A program made the translations under genes and the position numbers. A stretch of 64,000 nucleotides of DNA from an uncultured virus (IMG/VR IMGVR_UViG_3300038303_000074) (taxonomy: Duplodnaviria; Heunggongvirae; Uroviricota; Caudoviricetes): IMG/VR virus record IMGVR_UViG_3300038303_000074. One strand, written 5' to 3'. Every line of letters begins with the position of its first letter. Position 1 is the first letter of the stretch. Of the stretch, positions 57,339 to 64,000 are shown in pieces. Below the pieces are notes generated by a model. It made no database searches. It worked only from the letters and a program-made list of their open reading frames with translations, and was not told the origin of the DNA.

Positions 57339-57962
57339 TTATAAATCCTCCCACTGCTTAGCCAGACGCTCCGCGTTCTCTGCGGTGCGCTCGGCTTTAA
57401 GCTCTTCGATCCTGCCAGCGATCTGCTGCTCGTCGTCAAGGTAGCCCCAGGTCTTGCGGTTAATGATGGGACTGAGGTTCCCTTTCGACATTGGGTAAAC
57501 CTCTATTATGTCCGCGTAGCTATCACCAAGTTTGCGACGCGCGCGCATGTCAATGATGTCGGTCTCTTCATAGACGCGGTTACCCAACCTGTGGTTTCCG
57601 TGCCGCACTTTATCCGCAGCGTTCTCGGCGGCAGTCGCCCAGCGCAGGTTGGTGTAGTGGTTGTTCGAGGGGTTCCCGTCGTAGTGGGCGCACTGGTGAT
57701 CGTCGGAAGGTTTCGGCCCTACGAAAGCGTGGAGCACCAGAGTATGCGCCTGAACGGTTTTCGACGGTGCGTTGCGCCCCGCCATACCGGCGTCACGCAG
57801 TTTATATTTAACATACCCCTGGGGGTCGGAAGTCCCCGTCATAATTTTTCCGGCAGGGTACCTGTACGAACCGTCCAGGAGCTGGTAGCGGTCAACGAGG
57901 CTGCGTAGCTGGCCATATTCGGACACCTCGTACTCAGGGTGAATGCTCTGTCTCCACTCCAT
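57339..57962 (-). CDS. NUMOD4/HNH homing endonuclease
   Basis: EWRQ..HPEYEVSEYG (NUMOD4), HTLVLHAFVG and HYDGNPSNN...NLRWAT..EN. Confidence 0.9.
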   Translation of the reverse strand: MEWRQSIHPEYEVSEYGQLRSLVDRYQLLDGSYRYPAGKIMTGTSDPQGYVKYKLRDAGMAGRNAPSKTVQAHTLVLHAFVGPKPSDDHQCAHYDGNPSNNHYTNLRWATAAENAADKVRHGNHRLGNRVYEETDIIDMRARRKLGDSYADIIEVYPMSKGNLSPIINRKTWGYLDDEQQIAGRIEELKAERTAENAERLAKQWEDL

Positions 57963-58582
57963 TACAAGTCTCCCCATTGATCGGCCATAGCATCCGCCAG
58001 GCCCTGATAAGTTATCGACCGCAACATTTGACGATCTTCTGACGGCGGCAGGTAGTGCAGCCGCTGTTGAATGTTCTTGGGCAGTGCATCTGTCTCGGTC
58101 TTGACGTTGTTCGTCGGCACCAACGGCGGCAGGTTCTTGAGCCACAGGCAAGTTGCCTTCTTTTCCATGTGACCGAACATCCACGGTTGGACTACCTGCG
58201 TCTGCTTGACGCCGATTAGTTCCTTGGCATAGCCGTGCATCACAGGATTTTCGACGCAGATTTTATCAGCAGGTGCGTTGAGCATCGCTTCAAAGAACCG
58301 GGCACCGTCCACCATGTCAGCCCAACGCTTGACGTTGACGCCGTTCTCTTTGCGTTTGTCCTTGTACAAGTGGCAAACCCCGGAGTTTGAAAGATAAGTG
58401 CAGGGCGGGTGCGCGATTATTAAGTCCCACTTATGCCGGTCCAAGTGATCAAGAACATCCCCTTGAATGTGGTATTCTGGATCATCACTTGGTAGAATAT
58501 CACACGACCAGGCAACATGCCCTTTGGCCCTGAACGCATCGCGCACGACGCCGGAAAATTCACATGCGACGAGGACCCTCAC
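57962..58582 (-). CDS. Short DNA cytosine methyltransferase-like protein
   Basis: VLVACEFSG, AHPPCT, ENP and RSITYQGLADAMADQW motifs. Confidence 0.8.
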   Translation of the reverse strand: MRVLVACEFSGVVRDAFRAKGHVAWSCDILPSDDPEYHIQGDVLDHLDRHKWDLIIAHPPCTYLSNSGVCHLYKDKRKENGVNVKRWADMVDGARFFEAMLNAPADKICVENPVMHGYAKELIGVKQTQVVQPWMFGHMEKKATCLWLKNLPPLVPTNNVKTETDALPKNIQQRLHYLPPSEDRQMLRSITYQGLADAMADQWGDL

Positions 58583-58836
58583 TTGTCGTACTCCGCGCCG
58601 ACCCCGTCGAGCACGCTCTCCAGGTACTTGATGCGGGCGTGGTCTGCGGTCGCGGAAGTTTCAATCTCCTGCTCGATCTCTTCATCGCTGTTCACTTCAC
58701 TGTCGCGCAGGAACTGTATCTCGGCCAGCACGTCATGCAACCACGGCAGTTTCTTGGCCGTCGTCATCTCCATGCGGAACAGATCGTTATCGCTAGGGGT
58801 GCGACGACCCCGTAAATTATAGTTGAGTGTTGTCAT
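58579..58836 (-). CDS. Hypothetical protein
   Basis: ATG 58836 with GGAAGG upstream; 85 aa. Confidence 0.6.
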   Translation of the reverse strand: MTTLNYNLRGRRTPSDNDLFRMEMTTAKKLPWLHDVLAEIQFLRDSEVNSDEEIEQEIETSATADHARIKYLESVLDGVGAEYDK

Positions 58837-59052
58837 AGCAAAAACCTTCCCGGTTAAAGTTAGTGCGTGGTGACGGCTCAGCGTCCAGCCGCTAAGCCAT
58901 AGCCATGCCGCCACCACGTTTCGGAGAGGCCGCGGCCTAACTGGGATCAAGGGCGCTTCTGTTTCAAAGCGCCACCAGTACCGCGACGGCTCCTATCCGG
59001 TCGAGCGGGGTACCTCAGCCCCGAAGGGCTCAGCTCGCCCGACCGAGGTCTC

Positions 59053-59859
59053 TTATGCCGCGCCGCGACGACGGCGGCGACCACCAGCAGCTTCTGCCGG
59101 AGCAGCTTCTGCCGGAGCAGCTTCTTCTGCCGGGGCAGCTTCAGCAACTTCTTCCGCCGGAGCAGTTTCAACAGGTGCTGCCTCCGCCGGAGCAGCCTCA
59201 GCAACCGCAGCCCTGCCTGCAGGTTTGGCATCGGCAGGGGGTGCTGCGATCGCACCTTTGACTGCACTCAGCAAACCGTTCTGGAGGTCCGCCCAGTCCA
59301 CAATCTTGAAGATCGGCGTGTACTGTTTGCCGTACTGCTTGTGGGTGTAGCTGTCACTTTCCAACACGACGATCGGAACCGGGTGCTGGTGTGACGGGCG
59401 GTTCTTGACTTCCTTGCGGACTTCATTGTACGCATTGATGCCGCCCTTGGAGGAGGCGTAGTATGCAGTCTGCACACCCACGTCTTCGCCGTTCAGGCAG
59501 ACCATCGGGAAACCAACCTGGGTCGTCCACGGAAAGTCGGGGTTACCATACGGAGGGGCAGGCTTGTTAGCCGGACCCATGGTCTCACCGAGTTTCGTAC
59601 CGGCCTGAGGCGAACCATCTTTACCCCAGGCAACCCAACCATGAGCGAGCTCAAAAATATTGATCGCCCAGTTGCTGTTTTCCTGTACTTCAACGTTGTC
59701 CGCACCGTAGACCCAGATGCCGTCCTTACCCATACGCATATAGGTTTCGCCGGACGTGCTGGTCGGGGCGTGCGCATCACCTTCAGCCATTGCGGCGTCA
59801 AGGTCTTCTACGGAGTTCACCGCTGCCGAGGCAGCGAAGTTCGCGATATCAGTACTCAT
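59053..59859 (-). CDS. Putative ssDNA-binding protein
   Basis: GIWVYGAD, HGWVAW and YTHKQYGKQYTPIFKIVDW; lies between the Cas4-like and polymerase genes. Confidence 0.7.
   Translation of the reverse strand: MSTDIANFAASAAVNSVEDLDAAMAEGDAHAPTSTSGETYMRMGKDGIWVYGADNVEVQENSNWAINIFELAHGWVAWGKDGSPQAGTKLGETMGPANKPAPPYGNPDFPWTTQVGFPMVCLNGEDVGVQTAYYASSKGGINAYNEVRKEVKNRPSHQHPVPIVVLESDSYTHKQYGKQYTPIFKIVDWADLQNGLLSAVKGAIAAPPADAKPAGRAAVAEAAPAEAAPVETAPAEEVAEAAPAEEAAPAEAAPAEAAGGRRRRRGAA
59085..59205 (-). repeat. 15/18-nt tandem repeats encoding (AAPAE/EAAPAE)n
   Basis: Repeated CAGCTTCTGCCGGAG-like units. Confidence 0.75.
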
Positions 59860-59923
59860 TCGTCATCTCCTTCTTCAAAGTTAACCGTAACCTCAAGCTA
59901 ATCTTTCGGTTTTCTGCTTAACT

Positions 59924-61180
59924 TTAACCTTCGTCTTCATTCGTAACTTCAACCTTAGGCAGGCCGAGATCATCGTCTGCCGCTACCACGCTGAGCGCCG
60001 CCCGAGGGTCTGACGTCCGCGCCATGGTCGTGCCTGACGAGTGTCCAGTGGACAGATCGTCTACCACGCCAATCTCTTTGCCGTCCACTCTGACGGTCGC
60101 TTTAATACCCTTGGATTTTAGCAGCTTTTCGGCTGCAGCGGGAGTGATAAAGGTCGTTATTTCGAGCTCTTTCACCTTAACTTTCAGCGCCCGCAGCCGC
60201 CGCTTGGCCTCGACCTCGTCATCCCACTGGCGAGTCTTGCGCTTGTCCACCAGCTTCCAGCCGTCGACGTTGAAGCCTTCCTCCAGCTGCTGGTGCGCGA
60301 AGCTTTGCACCGCCTTGCACCACGGCCCGATCGCGTCGGCCATCTCCAACAGGGTGGGCAGGTCATAGTCGTTGCCTGCCTTGTAGTTGACGACTTCAAG
60401 GTCGCCCGTCGTCACCGGCAGGCCGAGGTCCATCACAGCGATGGCTGCGTTCTTCTGGGTCGGACAGACCGCAGACGCAGGGCACCAGCGGCAATGGTCA
60501 CCGGTCTCGCTGTCGGGGTTTTCTGTGGCGCTGTTGGCCAGCGCGTCTTCGAGGTCCAGCTGCAGGCCGTCAAGGTCGTCGCGGGTGATCTCGTGCGAGG
60601 TCCACGGCGTGTCCATGGCTGGCTGCACGATGGCGATCAGGATGCGGCGCTTGCCGTTACCTTCCTCGAACAGTTCGGCAAAGCCGGGGGTCTTGCGAGC
60701 CGCACCGGCGTAATACATTAGCTGAGTGTTTCCGTCGCCCGCCGATCCGGCAGCGGATACTGGCACGCCGCGCCCGAACTTCCAGTCGAGGATGACAACC
60801 CACTCGTCGTTCCAGCCAATGATGTCTGCCGTACCGAAACAACCTTCAAGGGCTCCGGGCCACGCGACCCGTTCTTCAATATCGATATCCATAGCACCGA
60901 CCATACGGCAGACGTCGTCGAAGCAGTCAAGCGCTGGCTTGAAGAGTTCATTCATCAGCTCCTCGGTGAGAGTGTGGCCTTCGAACTCGTAGCCGATCAT
61001 CTGGTCGAGCGGCGTGTCCTCAAGCAGGTGCTTGGCCATAGCCTCGTGCAGCATGGTGCCTTCAGCTGCGAATTTAGAAGACGGTTTCTTCGGCACCGTG
61101 CTCTTGAGCTTCACGCTGAGCGGACAGGCGATAGCACGTTCGCTCTCGCTGCCGCCGATGACGTCGGAATGTTCTGACAT
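59924..61180 (-). CDS. DUF2800 / Cas4-like PD-(D/E)xK exonuclease
   Basis: ACP.S, AAEGTMLH, FGTAD..ILDWKFG, QLMYY and HCRWCP...CP motifs. Confidence 0.9.
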   Translation of the reverse strand: MSEHSDVIGGSESERAIACPLSVKLKSTVPKKPSSKFAAEGTMLHEAMAKHLLEDTPLDQMIGYEFEGHTLTEELMNELFKPALDCFDDVCRMVGAMDIDIEERVAWPGALEGCFGTADIIGWNDEWVVILDWKFGRGVPVSAAGSAGDGNTQLMYYAGAARKTPGFAELFEEGNGKRRILIAIVQPAMDTPWTSHEITRDDLDGLQLDLEDALANSATENPDSETGDHCRWCPASAVCPTQKNAAIAVMDLGLPVTTGDLEVVNYKAGNDYDLPTLLEMADAIGPWCKAVQSFAHQQLEEGFNVDGWKLVDKRKTRQWDDEVEAKRRLRALKVKVKELEITTFITPAAAEKLLKSKGIKATVRVDGKEIGVVDDLSTGHSSGTTMARTSDPRAALSVVAADDDLGLPKVEVTNEDEG

Positions 61181-61183
61181 TAG

Positions 61184-61966
61184 TTATTTCCCTGCTATTT
61201 TACGGAGGTCTGAAAAGAGTTTGCCAATAAGGCCTTTGGTTTTTGGCGGGCCTTCTTCCCAGAACATTTTGGCGAGGACCGTATCTCCGGCAACCCCTAT
61301 GATCTCGCCTGGCTTGGGGGCGTACATGTTCTGGGTCAGGTTTCCCTGCATGGCTACCCGTGCTCTGGCGGCTTTCGCCTGCATCTGCTCGGGGGTTACA
61401 GTGCTGCCGCTGCCTGTGGTGAAGCCTCCGACGACGCGCGACTGACCGAAGTCAGAAGGCCCCGGCACCCGCTCGACCGAGACCTTGACGACGCAGTCAA
61501 GCATGTTGGTGTACTCACCAGCCTGGGTCGTCATGCGCTCGCCGGGCTGCACCATGAACTTCTCGATCACGGCCGACTTCGTCTCTGACGTGACGGTATC
61601 TTCATCCAGCTCGGGGATCAGCGCGAACGTAGACTTCAGCAGCTTGTGCCAGCCATGGCCAAGGCCGTGCTCCATCGCGTCGAACTGGGCCTCGTAATAG
61701 TCGTCGTCTTCGGCGTTGCGAAGCAGTGCGGTCTTGCCGTTCATTAAAGGGTGGTTGCCGGTGTAGATGCCGCGCAAGGTTTTACCTGCCATGGGCTCGT
61801 CCTCTATCGAGGCGAAGATGTCCGAGCTCACGCCCATCGACCGGGCCAGTGATTTTACGTAGGTCGCTGACACGTTCGAGTACATGTCCCGCCAGGCCGC
61901 CACAGCTATGGCGTGACGCTGGTGCGCCTTCGCCATCACGGTGGAAGTGTTGAAGTCCGTAGCCAT
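61184..61966 (-). CDS. Hypothetical protein
   Basis: 260 aa; GAGGAG RBS. Confidence 0.7.
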   Translation of the reverse strand: MATDFNTSTVMAKAHQRHAIAVAAWRDMYSNVSATYVKSLARSMGVSSDIFASIEDEPMAGKTLRGIYTGNHPLMNGKTALLRNAEDDDYYEAQFDAMEHGLGHGWHKLLKSTFALIPELDEDTVTSETKSAVIEKFMVQPGERMTTQAGEYTNMLDCVVKVSVERVPGPSDFGQSRVVGGFTTGSGSTVTPEQMQAKAARARVAMQGNLTQNMYAPKPGEIIGVAGDTVLAKMFWEEGPPKTKGLIGKLFSDLRKIAGK

Positions 61967-61998
61967 TCATAAATTTCTCCTCAGGTCTCAAAATTGTC

Positions 61999-62061
61999 TT
62001 GACGCAAACTTTGCTCATGCGCTAGTGTGCATTAATATACCGACTTGTTCCAAAGCGTCAA
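61999..62061. promoter_or_regulatory. Overlapping divergent sigma70-like promoters
   Basis: Plus strand TTGACG (61999) to TAGTGT; minus strand TTGACG (62061-62056) to TATATT. Confidence 0.5.
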
Positions 62062-62075
62062 CAGGAAAATGACCA

Positions 62076-62396
62076 ATGCTTGAAAAAACTCTCGAAAAGA
62101 AATGCGGCGCTGCAGCAAAGAAGGCTGGAGCCCTGTTCTATAAGTGGAGCTCACCCTCTGTGCGCGGCGTGCCGGATCGCATCCTGATCAAGGAGGGTGG
62201 CGAGGTCATCTTCATTGAGATGAAGCGGCCGGGGGCCAAGGCCACCAAGCTGCAGCAATCACACATAAAGCAGATCAACCTCCGCGGCGGGTCCGCCTGC
62301 GTCATAGACGACTACGACGCATTCCTCCGCCTGCTGGAAGACCCCTTCAAACAGTTCGACTTCGAGACCCGCGCCCGTGCGCTGGATGGTCAGTGA
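62076..62396 (+). CDS. VRR-NUC domain nuclease
   Basis: KWSSP..RGVPDRI...FIEMKRPG...KLQ. Confidence 0.9.
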   Translation: MLEKTLEKKCGAAAKKAGALFYKWSSPSVRGVPDRILIKEGGEVIFIEMKRPGAKATKLQQSHIKQINLRGGSACVIDDYDAFLRLLEDPFKQFDFETRARALDGQ

Positions 62397-62399
62397 CCG

Positions 62400-62750
62400 A
62401 TGCCCAGCTCTGCCGGAGCCTCGCACATCGCCCCTCGGGCGGAGACGCTACGCAACATGGCGTTCTCGGCGATCGCGCGCAGCCAGTTTCACGGTATGAC
62501 TGCTGACGAGGTGGCGCGTGCGCTGGGCGAGACGGTACTGGCGATCCGCCCCCGCATCACCGAGCTTAAGAAAGCCGGGGCTGTTGTCTGCTCCGGCGGG
62601 AAGCGCCCGAACATCAGCGGCGTGTCTGCTGACGTCATGGTCATCATTAAATACCTGCCTCCAAAAACGCGGCGCGGCCAGTGCTATCGCAGCGCCGGTC
62701 GGCGTGGCGTGCGCAGGCGGACAGGAGCACCCCATGCACAAAAAATCTGA
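62400..62750 (+). CDS. Winged-helix DNA-binding protein
   Basis: GMTADEVA..LG..VLAIRPRITEL...G. Confidence 0.7.
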   Translation: MPSSAGASHIAPRAETLRNMAFSAIARSQFHGMTADEVARALGETVLAIRPRITELKKAGAVVCSGGKRPNISGVSADVMVIIKYLPPKTRRGQCYRSAGRRGVRRRTGAPHAQKI

Positions 62751-64000
62751 TCTCGACCCTGCCCAGAACATCGTCATCGACCACATGTTCGAGCACGACC
62801 ACACCCTGGCCCTCGTCCCCATGGGCGGCGGCAAGACTGTCTGCAGCGCGACTGCCGCGGTCGAGCTCAACGCCACCGGCTTCACCAGTCGCTGGCTGAT
62901 CCTCGGGACCAAGCGCATCTGCGAGCTGGTCTGGCCGAAGGAGTTCCCGGGTTGGGAGCACCTGCAGGGTCAGACGTGGGCTGTGGCCTGTGGCACGCCG
63001 AAGCAGCGCAGTGCTGCCATCGAGAGCGATGCCACCTTCGTGTTCCTTAACTATGAAAACGTGGCATGGTTCATCAAGACGTACAACGGCGTCTATAACT
63101 TCGATGCCTTGATCATCGACGAGCTGACGAAGCTGAAGTCGTCCAGCGGCAAGGGCTACAAGGCCATCAACCGGCACCTGACCAAGTTCAAGGTCCGCAT
63201 CGGCATGACCGGACTGTTCACACCCAACGGCATCAAGGATGTTTTCGGGCAGGTCATGTGCGTGGACAAGGGTGCGTCACTCGGTCGCACCAAGGAAGCC
63301 TTCAAGAACCGCTTCTTCCAGAGCACCGGCCCGATGCCGTGGCAGGAGGAGCCGGTCGAGGGTGCGCTTGAAAAAATTATCGAGGCCATCGCACCGATCA
63401 CCGTGCAGATGCCGGACAGCGCCTACGTGGACAGCCTGCCGCCCCTGATCCCGAACAACATCGTGGTAGCATTACCAGCAAAAGCAAGAAAGCTGTACGA
63501 AGAGCTGGAGGACGAGTATTGCTCATTAGGCGGAGGTGACGGAGGCCTCCAGGACGCCACAGATTTGCTGCAAAATTTTTCAACTTTTTCTGACTTGGCT
63601 CCGGCGCATCTTGTTGAAGATGCCGTCGAGCCGCTGGTCAGACTTTACGAAGACATGTTGGCTGATGGCGCTTTAAACCTGGAGAACACTGGCGCGGTCT
63701 CCGACATGCTCGACGAATTTCCAGAGATGGGCTTTCACGCCTCGCAAGCACTCAACACCATCCGCGAAGCCTTCGACGCCATCCTCGACGAGAACCTGCA
63801 GATGATCGCCAACGGCGGGGTGCTGGTCGGCAAGCTGCAGGAGATCGCCAACGGCTTCTTATATAATGGCCAGCCGAAGAAGGGTTTCGACCTCGTGCAT
63901 GAGCAGAAGCTGGACGCGCTGGACGAGCTGATCAGCAGTCTGCATGGTTCACCCCTGCTGGTAGCCTACAAGTTCAACGCCGAGTTCGAGCTGCTGCAGG
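62734..64000 (+). CDS. SNF2-family helicase (3'-truncated by the window edge)
   Basis: CAGGAG RBS; MGGGKT Walker A, IIDEL Walker B, GMTG, KLQEIANG; no stop seen to the end, hence absent from the ORF track. Confidence 0.9.
   Translation, partial: MHKKSDLDPAQNIVIDHMFEHDHTLALVPMGGGKTVCSATAAVELNATGFTSRWLILGTKRICELVWPKEFPGWEHLQGQTWAVACGTPKQRSAAIESDATFVFLNYENVAWFIKTYNGVYNFDALIIDELTKLKSSSGKGYKAINRHLTKFKVRIGMTGLFTPNGIKDVFGQVMCVDKGASLGRTKEAFKNRFFQSTGPMPWQEEPVEGALEKIIEAIAPITVQMPDSAYVDSLPPLIPNNIVVALPAKARKLYEELEDEYCSLGGGDGGLQDATDLLQNFSTFSDLAPAHLVEDAVEPLVRLYEDMLADGALNLENTGAVSDMLDEFPEMGFHASQALNTIREAFDAILDENLQMIANGGVLVGKLQEIANGFLYNGQPKKGFDLVHEQKLDALDELISSLHGSPLLVAYKFNAEFELLQ

Noticed and set aside
59924..61180. 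Cas4-like nuclease as evidence of a CRISPR system
   Set aside because: No array or other cas genes; it sits in the standard DUF2800-SSB-PolA phage replication block.
1..64000. Integrated prophage with flanking host genes, or an alternative genetic code
   Set aside because: No host housekeeping genes, integrase or att site were recognised, and genes tile densely under the standard code with all three stop codons used.

Overview
The window is most of a tailed-phage genome (podovirus-like architecture, GC-rich, host probably an Alphaproteobacterium by inference). It starts inside a primase gene and ends inside an SNF2 helicase gene, so it is probably a nearly complete, circularly permuted genome. 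Modules in order: primase and SF3 helicase (1-2222); a leftward early operon (about 8900 down to 2460) with GP88, a MoxR-like AAA ATPase, a DUF3150-like protein and a metallopeptidase-vWA protein; packaging genes (TerS, intein-containing TerL, portal); head genes (GroES-like, scaffold, major capsid); tail, fibre and internal virion proteins including a 3656-aa polyvalent protein; lysis genes; and an APSE/BPP-1-type replication block (PolA, HNH, methylase-like, SSB-like, Cas4-like, VRR-NUC, SNF2). The main discovery is six hammerhead ribozymes on the coding strand of the early operon, one at almost every gene boundary. Five are pseudoknotted type I hammerheads with a near-invariant stem I and pseudoknot but covarying stems II and III, and one is a type III hammerhead in the leader. 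This predicts self-cleavage of the early mRNA into gene-sized units whose two ends are mutually compatible, so each unit could self-ligate into a circular mRNA. All calls come from reading motifs by eye; no searches or folding programs were run.
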